NCBI RefSeq assembly: GCF_964204645.1
Contig: NC_134031.1
Location: 4,774,001 to 4,838,000 of the forward strand
DNA from: Tubulanus polymorphus
Taxonomy: Eukaryota > Animalia > Nemertea
Reading direction: 5' to 3'
DNA length: 64,000 nucleotides
In this document: positions 40,701-51,982 of the stretch, one piece after another
Layout: every line of letters starts with the position of its first letter
Position numbering within the stretch: position 1 is the stretch's first letter
The notes under the pieces: model-generated
Told to the model about the DNA's origin: nothing
What the model saw: only the letters and a program-made list of their open reading frames with translations
Databases searched by the model: none
Position numbers and translations under genes: made by a program

Positions 40701-43700
40701 CTATTATCTCCATCCTCCACCAGCTGGGATCCGAAACTGATGGCGTTGCTAGACTCACCCCCGGCACAAAACCCTGCCACACTAGTCCTTACAGCAAATC
40801 TCCACATATATCTGCACAACCAGTCTAGTGTGGCAGAGTTTCGTACTGTGGCGAGTCTTGATGCCATCAGGTTCAAATCTCTGGGGGAGGATGATTATCT
40901 CAGAATTTAGAAAGGTCTTGAATTATCACCATAAGCATTTGAGTTAATGGAATGATAATGAAATGAACAACAAGCGAATTTCAAAATACTACTAGATCAT
41001 TTAGAAGTATAGAAAGTTGACGCGAAAGAGTCAAATTGTAGAAAAAAATTGTAAATCATAACTTCTTCTAGATCATCACGGAGACCATTGGAAACAGATC
41101 AATGCATTCTTCTATTTGTGGATCGCTTCGTGCATCGTTAGTTCCTGTTACACGTACACGTGGGATATAAAAATGGATTGGGGATTGTTCGATAAAAACG
41201 CCGGTGAAAATCGCTTTCTACGCGAGGAAATCGTCTACGCGTATAAGGTATGAACATGAGGAAGAAAACCTTACATAACTGATGAAATCACTGATTACTA
41301 ATTACCTACTGATTTGCTGTTGCCGATGGGTTTATTGTTCATCAATCGAATAATTTGGAATCTCTGATAAACTTTTCTGGATATTTTCTAGATAATTGAT
41401 ATGATCCAGTTACCTTACATGATTGATCGTATATACCGTATATATCTTATTGTCTATAGCTATTGGTCTTATTGTCTAAGTCTAGTTTTCAGGTCTGTGT
41501 ATTGATGAAGCTTCCAATCCCCCAATGAATTTATATATCGAGATGTTTCTCTCTGTTTTCCAGGGTTATTATTATTTCGGAATTATTGAAGATTTTATAC
41601 TGAGATTTGCGTGGAGTATTACGGTATCTGTTGGTGAAGGTGGTCTCATACACGGTGAAATACTCAAAACGGTTCTAGCTGTGTTTGAAGTCGTCAGGTT
41701 AGAACAACACCGTAATTACAATAGATAGTTTTAAATGCATCCTCGCTTGCCAGGGTTTGATTGACTCCCGCCGAAGCTCATACGAACAAAAACCATGACC
41801 CGATTCATTCTTCTATTACACCGCTCAAGATTTCTTGGGTGGACAGGTTGCTGCTCAGCGGCCACCAGTCCATATATCTAGCCAATCAGATGTGTTGTTT
41901 TGATAGAGCAAATCTGCTGGTGATAACAATGCATCTGACTTCATACATGGACTGGTGGCCACTGAGCAGTAAGCTGTCCGCCCAAGAAATCTTGGGTGGT
42001 GTAATAGACCAACGAAGGGTCTGCGGCTAGGGTTTGTTTTGGCTTAGGTGGGAGGCAATCAAACCCCCCTGTTTTGAATGCTAAGATACCACGATATTAT
42101 CAGTAGTTCTCATTGATTTTACAGACGTTTTATCTGGAACTTTTTCCGATTAGAGAATGAACATTTGAACAACTGCGGTCAGTTCCGCGCCGTACGGGAT
42201 ATATCTATAACACCGATACACGCGAATGATCAGGCATTACTGGAGAATATGATGGACAACGACGACGGCGTACAAAACCGAATGAAACATAAAAAGAAGA
42301 AAACTAGGTACTTATTAGATTTTATTCGCTAATCAAAGGCAATACTAGACAATTATAGACAAAATCACGAGCCGTAAATTCATCCTTAATTCACCCACTC
42401 GCATCCAAACAACCTTGAAAATTGATTTTGTATTCAGGGCGCAGTTAACAGATTTACGCAAGTTAATTAAAGGAGAATTGATTTTCAGGCAAAGATCACG
42501 GACGTACAAACCAGTTGAAGTCGAGCCGCATAGGTGGCCCTCTAACAGGTTGGATTGTCATTAGAATGTCTGATATAACTTTCACTTCCGTCTGCATGAT
42601 CCTCGATGTCCCTATCTCTGAACTTCAGGGTTACATCTGATTTCACATTTCTTTTCATCAAGTTTCTTCCAAATCTTCTCTTTACCTGGACTACAGCTAT
42701 ACATTTCGAGAATGCTTTTCATCACGTTCATGGGTTGTGGTAGTTGTGAGCTGTTGGTGCAATGATCACTACAAATGTTTGGCTGAAATAAAATGATACC
42801 TTGTTTCTCCAAATCGGCCAGGTCATTTTGTTAACTGCGATAGAATTTGTAATTAGTGCATTTCTATTACTGCTAGGTCTGTTATGGTTAGCTAGATCAT
42901 GATCTTAAAAAATATGTACAGGGTCGACAGGCAGTTGGCCGTGTCGACTTTTAAGCTCTGCAGTAATGCGAAGCAAGGTATCAATTATTATAGCCTTATA
43001 CATACTGCTTATTTTCGCTAATATTGAATTCAGATTCAGATTTGTTACGGGTTTTATTAGATGCTGGTGTGCTGAAAGTGGAAATAACATATTGTAATCG
43101 TATTTTAATCATTTGTAGAAATAGGAAATGATGTGTAAGTTACAGCGATGTTGAAATGAGTGCGTTTAAACAATGGTGCAGGAATGATTCCACATGAATT
43201 TCACTAACGTTTTGTTTTTGTTTCTGTGACCTAAAACAACACTATCAGTTTTAAAACAACAATAGATATGTAATATGTTTAGTTGATATATTGTTGTAAC
43301 TGGTGACTGGTTTGTATTTCTCTATATATAGACTCGCTAAAGTTCAGGAGTTACGCAGAGTGTATGGTAAAATCGGAGGGTAAGTTTCACTTACGTCGTG
43401 AAGCATATTCATTGATTGCTTGATAATTGTTCATCGTGTCATCGGTTTGATTATCCCTTCCAATGATAACTGTGAATTCTTCCCACGTACACATATCGCT
43501 CTATATATTTCAACGCGTTGCAAAAATCGAGCATAGCCGATGCAGATAAGGCCATCTTTAGTTACTGTTTTCTTCACTTGTCTACACACTGGGTATGGGT
43601 CCATATTATCGAATATTGAGCATATCTGACTCAGATAAGGCCATCTCCTTTCATAGCTTTCAGAAGAATTAAAAACCACTGTTGATACTCACAGCATTAG

Positions 43701-45585
43701 CTCAGATGTTATGAAATCTGGTTTTTTCAAGTTATGCATTTACACTGTAATCAAATCCTTGATAAAATTGGGAAAATGATGCCAGTCATCTCTGTCCCCA
43801 TCTCCGACCAATAGTACAAATATCTAGGCCTGGTTTTATGAACTAGTATTAACTGAACACATGGCGTATCTTGAGAGAGTTAGTTTTGGTTTTTCATGAT
43901 CAATATATAGAAAAATCTTATCTCGGCTATTACCCAGCGCTGAGGTCCTAAACATTGAAAATCAAAGCTTAGATAATTCTTCCTGCTGTGGCTGTAGTGT
44001 ACATAAGTGTCGTTCTATATGTATATATATATATGAATAATGATTCAAATTGTAGCTGATAATTGTAATTTCTTACAGCCATCTGTATCACCGTGGTCCA
44101 CATGTTAAAATTGTTTTCTGAGTGGTAAGGCGCGCATGCTTGTGTGTGTATAGTATGTGAGTGAGTGTAACCCCGACCCTACCCTACCCTACCCTCTACC
44201 TTTTCTCTTCATTCAAGACAAAGCAAAAATTCATGGAACTGTTGTTACTCTTTTACCGTATATGAGTTGCTTTACACATGTAAGGCTAGATATAATCTCA
44301 TTTCTTTAAATCATGACGGCATGTTGCCAGAATTTTTAAACCGAAAATATCTGGAAGGAACATGTACTTCATAGATCAACATTTTTTAATTGGCTGCCAT
44401 AGGCAACTGTTGCTCGTAACCTGAATTTGTTTTTGTCGACCTCACCCTGACTCCTAGCATTTGAGTGTTGTTGTCTGATGATCGATATGCTATAAAGTCC
44501 AACTTGTAAACAAGGCGGAGGATTAAATTCATAATCTTCAATATTAAAATCACAACTTTATATTCATTTTGCACAACTTAATTAATCAATTTGAGTTCTG
44601 TAATCAGTTGCTTGAAGTACTTTTTTCAGGGTTCATAGCAGTCCTCGAAGGTCTTTAAAAGTTTTTGATTGAGAATGGGTCTGTTCAAGGCCTTGAATAT
44701 CATCGAATGGGCTCTTAAGTTCTTATATCAGTGCCATGGTCCTTGAATGTCATCAGTCATAAGTTATCATCTGCAGATCCAAGATACAAGTTCACTGTTG
44801 CAGCTCTTAAATTCTAATTATAAAAATGCCTGGAAAATGTAAATTTCAGGATTCCTGGCTTAAACATGTCGATCATATATAAGTCCTGGAATTGGGAGTG
44901 AAAAAGTCATTAAATGAGATTGGTCGTGGACACTATGAACCCGTATGTTATCTAGGAGCTTGTGCAACTGCTTTGCGAACGGTTTTACATTTTCAGTTTT
45001 TATTACGTACCAGTTTATTTTCTAGGTTCACGGTAGTTTGATTTATTTTTAGATGAAATTGTATTTTAACGATATGTAACTACTAGTCTGTTACATTATA
45101 TTCTATACGGAGATTCGGTAGGGCATGAATCACTCTCTTATGACAGGTCTTTCGTTGTATTTACAGGATTTCTTAATGCATTTAAATATTTAATCTAAGT
45201 ATAGTGCTCTTTCTGTGTTGATGGTGCATTATCTAATTGTTTATCAGTAGTTAGTACACTCTGGTATAGTTTAGCTTCCTCATTCAACTAGCGCCTTGTT
45301 TAAATCAGATCTTTCTTTTCTCTTTTACCTGGTACAGACTTAACAAACTGATCTTAAAGATAATACAATAACAACCTGTATTGTAAGGATAACGTTTTTT
45401 GCCGATCGGTCTGTGTTTAAACAAGGTTATTACTTTCGCGTAGAACACCTTTAGAACAGGTTTCAAATTACCGGTAGATCAAATCCCACACATCGCCGAA
45501 CATCGTCGTCATTAAACCTATTCTTCATTCTCATTTCAGGAGGAGGAGTTCGAAGTATCTATTGGAGGACGATCCGGAGACTTGA
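31795..45585 (+). CDS. XPR1: XPR1/SLC53A1 phosphate exporter (SPX + EXS domains)
   Basis: Frame-checked exons: 31795-31863, 33785-33836, 33958-34059, 34250-34557, 35067-35168, 35688-35768, 38252-38330, 38705-38892, 39366-39545, 39872-40019, 40319-40513, 41072-41247, 41564-41697, 42125-42307, 42489-42533 (or 42548), 43332-43379, 45540-45585. Motifs: [90 protein letters not shown]. The last three exons are less certain. AATAAA at 46323. Confidence 0.96.
32914..33497 (-). mobile_element. 5'-truncated Penelope-like retroelement with inverted pseudo-LTR arms, in XPR1 intron 1
   Basis: Apparently perfect 138 bp inverted repeats at 32949-33086 and 33362-33499. A 35 bp extension lies on one side only (32914-32948). 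A 13 bp direct repeat ATTGTATAGCCCT occurs at 32901-32913 and 33498-33510. Each arm carries a minimal hammerhead core. Confidence 0.8.
33393..33438 (+). ncRNA. Minimal type I hammerhead ribozyme motif (mirror copy at 33010-33055 on the - strand)
   Basis: TTATTC (stem I), CTGAAGA, T, GACTAT-TAGGAT-ATAGTC (stem II), GAAA, C, GTT, GAATAA (stem I'). A palindromic AACGTT replaces a full stem III. Confidence 0.75.
34581..34995. mobile_element. Composite MITE: CAG(A/G)GTCCC-type outer element containing a TA-flanked CAGT-ended inner element
   Basis: Colinear with 48089-48481, sharing TGCTTTTAAA, CAGTGAACTATGCCT, GGAGGAGTCTACAGTAATTGG and AGGAATGA.TGATC. Confidence 0.65.
36967..37395 (+). CDS. Putative alternative first coding exon of XPR1 (143 aa, acidic and Ser-rich), yielding an SPX-less isoform
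   Basis: GC-rich ORF inside intron 6 with coding-like NCG/NNC codon bias. It ends at a perfect phase-0 donor GAA|GTAAGT, matching the phase-0 acceptor of exon 38252. There is an upstream in-frame TAA at 36880 and no phase-0 acceptor before the ATG. Confidence 0.75.
39010..39241. mobile_element. Tc1/mariner-type MITE
   Basis: TA|CAGGGTGTCTCAGAAAATGTGAT...ATCACATTTTCTGAAACACCCTG|TA. Confidence 0.85.
40563..40657. repeat. Perfect 45 bp inverted repeat with a 5 nt loop
   Basis: 40563-40607 is the exact reverse complement of 40613-40657; the loop is ACGAA. Confidence 0.95.
41739..42068. mobile_element. Foldback MITE (related, interrupted copy at ~50750-51384)
   Basis: Outer arms GGGTTTGATTGACTCCCGCC / GGTGGGAGGCAATCAAACCC, and long inner arms across ~41814-42006 (CAAGATTTCTTGGGTGGACAG / CTGTCCGCCCAAGAAATCTTG). 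Confidence 0.7.
42794..42984. mobile_element. MITE family with TGATACCTTG / CAAGGTATCA ends (other copies ~53983-54170 and ~56154-56257)
   Basis: Inverted termini, plus a shared internal CCAGGTCATTTTG.TAA.CTGC string between copies. Confidence 0.65.
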
Positions 45586-46711
45586 TTACAGTAGAATTTA
45601 TTCAATGAAACGATGATGATACTCTCTTTATAGCGATTTACCCGAGATCTGTCTATTCCTGGAGAAACTTTATTCAATCTCTTTATTCCGTAGATAGCAC
45701 ATACAAAATCCGTACGGTGACGCATTGAACCGGGACAAATCGTTATCGAAGTTTTCCACTTTCTAATGAAAATGATTAAGGTTTGAATCGTGGACTATAA
45801 ATGGTTTAATCATTGATTTCTGGTAAAAGCTGCGAAGTTTTTTTTTTTATGGAGAAACTGTCTTTTTTGCATACAAGTCAATTTCTATGTTTGTATACGT
45901 GTTCTAAGGTTGTATAGTTATAGCAGTGATCAAATTTCTGATTCTTTACCAGAGTACTGATTCTTCTTGACCTCTATGTTAATGTGTTAAATACGGTGTC
46001 AAGAATGTTCATGTTAAACTAGCCAGTGGTTTTTTAAGCAATTTGCTGAAGAAATGAGTGTTGTCTCCATTTGTAAATTTGATTTGACTCGTTAAGTATG
46101 GATAATTGTGTATGAACATATTTCGGGGTATTCAACTTTGGAAATGGGTCCCGGAGATTTAGACGTGACGAGTCAGTATAATTGGACTGTAGTTTAATAG
46201 TTTCACGATTATCGGATATTTACACAATGAACCATGTTGGTTTAACCCTATCCGATAATGATTAGGTCACTAGCTAGAGTCACATGTCCCTGGTGAAGTT
46301 GTACATACGGTATGATAATGTAAATAAATTCTAATTAAGTTTTGTTTGATAATTTCCTTTGTTTATTGAGTTTATGGCTTCAAGGAACGGTGTCCGCTAG
46401 GCTTTTGAGGAGACCCTATCTCGTAGGGATATTTCGGCATCCTCCTTCAAACCCGAAATAACCAGTGACGAAAAGCAATAAACACTTGAGTTCATCGAGT
46501 TTATTCACTACTGTGAAATACATGTTTACATACGCAATTATTACTAAAATGTTTTAATTAAGACATAATAATTTTACCGAAATAGGAAGATTGATAATGA
46601 TTGCAAATCTATTTAGCACAATGCGACAAGACATTGAGGATTTCATCCAACAGCTTGTCTTCCATTTCGAAATCACAGATTTGTCAAGAATGTATGATCC
46701 CGATCATTCCA

Positions 46712-49700
46712 TCATTGAATGACGGAGGAGTTTTTCTTTTCGATGTCTTTATCACAGCTAGTGTCTATTCGAGGAGCGTTCAGTACAAAGGTCTCGGCTA
46801 CTAACAGCGGAAATAACAACGAAGCTTCTCCATAAATCTGAAACGATTAAAAAGCACATTAATCATAAAATGAATTTCATTTGATATTCATACAAAGTGG
46901 CCACTTTCCCATATTTCCCCATGTTATAACACAAAATACCCTGAGCGAATTCGAGACATTTTGTGATTTAAGATGTTATAATGAATCGAGTATTGATAAA
47001 AAATGTGCGGACTATAGGATAACGGAATTCCCGAGTTTTCCAGATGATTTTGCAAAATTTGTCAAATTCCCTGAGATTTCCCAGATTTTCTTCTAGATTT
47101 TTCTGCTTCCCTGAGTTTTCCAGGTCAGCAGCTTCCTTGCTCATTCAGCAATATAAGGATGCTTCCCACTGTGGATTTGATTTTTACCTTAACAGGCGTC
47201 GCGCTAAGTCGTATTTTCCCCCAAGATATCGCCTCATCGGGTCTCGCTCCGGAGTCACTGCCATCGTATTCGGTTGATGTGTTCATAAATATCGAGAAAT
47301 CTGCACCATTTCTCTGAAGAGATACAAAAACAAAGTTATTAGGATATAGGAATGACAAACAATTCTTTTTTCCAGGATGGCCACTTTCCAGCAACAATTT
47401 ACAAATTGCCTGAGCTTCCCTGTTCTTTTTCTTGTTCAAAATGTTACGATTTATCAGTTTTTGAATCATGAATCACGCGTTGATAAAGAAACGCATTATC
47501 AATTATAGCGTATCCAAATTCCTGAGTTTTCCAGGTCTTTTGTAAAATCTGTCAAATTCCCTGATCGTTCTAGATTTTCTGAGTTTTCTATCACAGAGGC
47601 TGCCCTGATTTTTAATTGCAAGGTGAAGATGTGATGTACCATTAAGTTTGCATTGCATATGTGATGTTTCATTAAACCTCCTCCAATGATGATCATTCCG
47701 GTGTTCTGAGCGTAAACTGCCTGACTGTTTAACAATCGAATGTCTGAAAAAAAACAGTGAAAATTACATAAACATTCCCTCAACATTTTCATTCATCAAC
47801 AACAACGACGACGAGTTAAACGAACATTGAAACGTACCTTCAACGATATCCAAACGAAGACCCGGGTTTCTGTACGAATGGAAATAAAGCATATCTCCTA
47901 ATGATCCATCCGTTAACGCTGGACTGAACACTGGAATATTATTCTGAAACAATTCGATAATTTTAAATAACAAGAGGTAAGTAAATACAGTAGAACTCGC
48001 GCTTACCGGGTAATCCAGAATTGATGTTAAGAGAATCGAGTGAGAGGATCTGAAGGATTCTGACAAAATAATGGTTTTTACAGTATTTACAGGGTCTCAC
48101 TCCTCAACTCTAAGATATTCTTCTTATAGTATATAGTAAAATGCTTTTAAAGGTACTCGAAACTCCATCAATTTGAGCAAAATACCAAAAACTCCTTCAA
48201 ACAGGCAATCAGAAATTGTTGTCTAGTTTGAAGTTGTACAGTTCAGTGAACTATGCCTAAATTGATACAGCTGGGATTTTTTTTTACCGCGGTTACTGAA
48301 TAAGAAACCAAGTTTAGGTAGTCTTAAGAATAAATGCCACCAATCATTGGTTTTACATGTACCAAGATAAACAGTACCGATTAAGGAGGAGTCTACAGTA
48401 ATTGGAATATGAAAGTGATTCCTTAAAATGTTCTCCTTAAAAACTACTTATCCAGGAATGATTGATCAGTGGGGACCTTGTATTAGCAAGATTTTGTTTT
48501 GTTAACATACCTTATAGGCCCAGTAATACACAGAATCTGGGTGGTTTATTTCTTTCCCTAATCTGTGAATCAACTTCGAAGGAGTCCAGTTAATATTCTG
48601 TGGGAATAAATCATTGTATTATCAAGAAGCTTCGATATAACTGGAATTTTAGAACGATGTTGGATCGATGACCAGCTTTTTCATGATTAAACAAATATGA
48701 GATGAATTCGATCTCAATCATTCTGATTGTATACCTGTTCATTTTGTTCTTTGAGAACCTGGTTTAAAATCGGCATCAGCCAGTCTTCGAATTTGCAATA
48801 GTTATCGTTAGGAACGAGCAGATTGCCGATTCTGTTGATGCCTTTTTTGCGTAACTCGGCACCGGGATATTTATTGAAATCTCCGATATACGTCGGCGCT
48901 AAACATTTGATAAAGTCCTCCTCGACGCCCCCGGCAGTTGTTACAACTACGTCCACCTGAAATGTTATAGTGAATGAAATTACGAGTTGGACTGAACTGT
49001 TAAAAACATTCTCGTTGCAAGTAAATTTTTCATTGGTGCTATTACAGAAGACTCCAAGCAAATTCGATTGCCTCCAATTAATGTAATGAACAAAATAAAT
49101 TTTCTCGTTAAAACGTTTTCCTTCTCCAATTCATGTGATGACGACCCAGACTGCCCCCAGGAGATACAAGGAAAGCAAATTCTACTCCGCAATTTATTGG
49201 AAATGCTTGTTCAGGATTCACAAATGAGTGATGCAGTGAGCAAGGTGTGCGAGGTATGTTTACACTTGCAGCTATTAACGAAATTCTGAGCGCCACCTGA
49301 GTAAGAAAATCAGACAATGAACAAGAAAGATCGGCTACAAGATAACTACCATAGAAACATCATATACAATAGACCCTGTATTAGTCTGAATACCAGTCGT
49401 TGTTACGGTTCCCTCTAACGTTTGTGGAACGACGGCTAGGTACAAGACTAACCCTTTATAATTCAGATTATCTAAGCAAAACAATTCATCTGATAAGCAA
49501 GAAATCCGGACTAAACATCATATTTGCCTACATCTATATAGGTGGACCAAAAATAGCAGTTTACATCAAAATCAAATTAAACTGATTCAGATTAAGCAGG
49601 GTCTTATGCATAACCGGACGAAAACGCTTCTTTACCATTTTATGTTGAACCAAAAACCTAATTGTCTCGCGAACTCCGGAACTGATCATGTTCGACGTAA

Positions 49701-50573
49701 AACCGAGAAATATCGTACAATTCGTCTTCTCGCGACCGTCGTGTGCTATTTTACCATGTTCGGCGATAACTTCGGCCGGCACTGGCTTCTTTTTACATTC
49801 GATCTGACAAAGAAAGTTTAAATTTCAAACAAAGTCCTGCAGGGCCCAGTTTCAAGAAAGAAGTTATAATTGTTGTAGATACCAGGGCTGCCAACCTCTG
49901 AAATGTACTTTCAGTAACAAATTGAACTTTTTCAGTAACATTTCATTGAATCATGAAAAAAAATGTTCAAATTAATTATTAATCAACATTAAGACTCACA
50001 GTAATATCCTTCATTTTGTACGCATCAAACAAATTAAATCAGTATTTCTTAACAAGTAAAAACCCACAGTAGATATCGAAAAGTTTATTATGAAACCGTC
50101 AGATAATAAACTTTCAATATCTTTTGCTGGGTTTTTACTTGTCAACTCTGAACTGGGATTAATATCAGTCTACCAGTCAGTATTTCTTGTTATAGAATAG
50201 TAACAAATACTGAAAACCAGGAACAGTTGGCAGCGCACTGAAAATATGAAATAAATATAACCAATACGCTAACCAACAGAACCAAAATCTTCGTTTATGA
50301 GTGGGCCCTCTGTGTCGATGATCTTAAAACAAATAAGGTAGATTTCTGGATAAGGCGTCTAATTACCATTTTATTGATTTCATCAACGGCTAGTCCAAAA
50401 TTCGTAGCCTGGAATCCAGAGTATTTGTAAGTCTGCAGCAACTTATGGTAGTCCAAACCTTTATTGAAGTCGTATCCGTAAACGGTCTCAGAACCTTCCG
50501 GCATCTGTTCGCTTTGCACCATTACCGCTTCCGTGGCCAAGTTTGGCGGACATTCATTTTTTGCAGACTCCAT
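46712..50573 (-). CDS. DHPS: Deoxyhypusine synthase
   Basis: Frame-checked exons: 50573-50367, 49803-49636, 48956-48735, 48597-48511, 47943-47838, 47743-47640, 47313-47188, 46837-46712. Motifs: [79 protein letters not shown] (catalytic Lys). Confidence 0.98.
48089..48481. mobile_element. Composite MITE, same structure as 34581-34995
   Basis: CAGGGTCTC...GGGGACCTTG ends, with the same inner CAGTGAAC...GTCTACAGTA module. Confidence 0.65.
49883..50236. mobile_element. Dispersed repeat with CAGGGCTGCCAACCTCTGAAA terminus (other copies ~38345-38567 inverted and ~58772-58985)
   Basis: Shared terminus and internal GCATCAAA.AAA...AATCAGTATTT string. Confidence 0.6.
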
Positions 50574-50891
50574 ATTTGTAAATTCAATTTTTCACTCGGT
50601 CAAAGCTGAAGTTAAACAACATAAGGAATTGTAGTCTAAAGAAGTTCAGTACCTAGCCGTCGTTGTTGTAGGGAACCCGTAACAACGACTGGTATTCAGA
50701 CTTTAAAAGGAATTGAAGAGGTTGGATACAAATCAAATTCCAAAAATATATCCTCGCTATCCAGGGTTTGATTGCCTCCCGCCGTAGTCTGAATACCAGT
50801 CATCGGGTTCCGTAGTTGTTTGGGGAACGACAACACCTAAGGTACTTGAGACTGCTGACTGCTTAGACGGCAACCTGTCCGCCCAATAAAT

Positions 50892-51323
50892 CGGTGTCGG
50901 GTCTGAACGTCCTCACTTTCGTCAGTCAAAACGTCCTCACTCACGCCAGAATCACTACTGTTAAATCCGAGTTATAAGCTAAATATATGACCTTTTTAAT
51001 GTATAGGCTAGATGGCGTATGAGGCAGTCGATCTATATTTACAAAAACAGAAAATAAAAGTACTTTAAACATAAGACAAACGTTATTTACAACATACTAA
51101 TTACATACTATCGGAGGAGGGGTCTAAATACATCTAAAAAAAAGTTGATTTTTTAAAACATCAAGGTTCCTAAAGGTGACTATCGTGAGGTGCCGCCCTC
51201 TCCCCACTACTGTTGATTGAGCTGTTGAGTGTGGAGAGGACATAGGCCCCTAATACAGACAAGGACGTTTTGACTGGAGGACGTTTTGGCGCGAGGACGT
51301 TTTGACATGAGGACATTTTGACC
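50892..51323. mobile_element. Non-autonomous DNA transposon with subterminal GGACGTTTTG repeats, nested in a foldback MITE
   Basis: AACGTCCTCAC occurs twice at the left end and GGAC(G/A)TTTTG four times at the right end, in inverted orientation. The element splits the 41739-type MITE between near-duplicated CAATAAAT / CAAGAAAT. Confidence 0.6.
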
Positions 51324-51910
51324 ATATTTCAAGAAATCTTTGGCAATGTAATAGACAAATGAAGCCAAAGGGCAAGCGAGGATGTATATTTATTTGTTGT
51401 TATTGCAGGTCAAGTGGATATTTCAATTCCATGCCGGCTGGTGGTTAAAATTAAAAAAATCAATAATAGGCCTAGTACACAGGCTGATGAGTCAATGAGT
51501 GAGGAGACATATTAAGAGGCTTGGCCAGGGAATCACAGAATTTTGTCGAATTCTTACTTTACTAATCTTAATTGCAAGTTAAGTTAACAAGAAAGGTTCA
51601 GCAATAATGTAATGTGACAATTGTTGAATACATGGAGTTCAATACATGTGGACATACAAATCGACCAGGGCACCACCTAACGTTAGCCTACAGACTACAG
51701 TTTGATTAGTGATTGGCACTAATCAATTAACTGTTCTAATATCTAAGCTACATCAATACGACAAAACACATTTAGGTAACGATAAAACACAATGAAAAAT
51801 ATATTGTCATTTTTTATGGAGGAAAAATAATCATGCTTTACGGCGATGATGTTCGCGTCGATAATATGATAAGAGATATCATCTATATTGTGCTCCTATT
51901 GCACATGCGA

Positions 51911-51982
51911 TCCTCGGTAGTATAGTGGTGAGTATCCGCGCCTGTCACGTGCGAGACCCGGGTTCGATTCCCGGCCGGGGAG
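51911..51982 (+). tRNA. tRNA-Asp (anticodon GTC)
   Basis: TCCTCGGTAGTATAGTGGTGAGTATCCGCGCCTGTCACGTGCGAGACCCGGGTTCGATTCCCGGCCGGGGAG forms an intact cloverleaf with A and B boxes. A T-run terminator starts at 51987. Confidence 0.97.

Noticed and set aside
42565-46330. An unusually long (~3.8 kb) XPR1 3'UTR
   Set aside because: The region is better explained as introns plus the small coding exons at 43332 and 45540.
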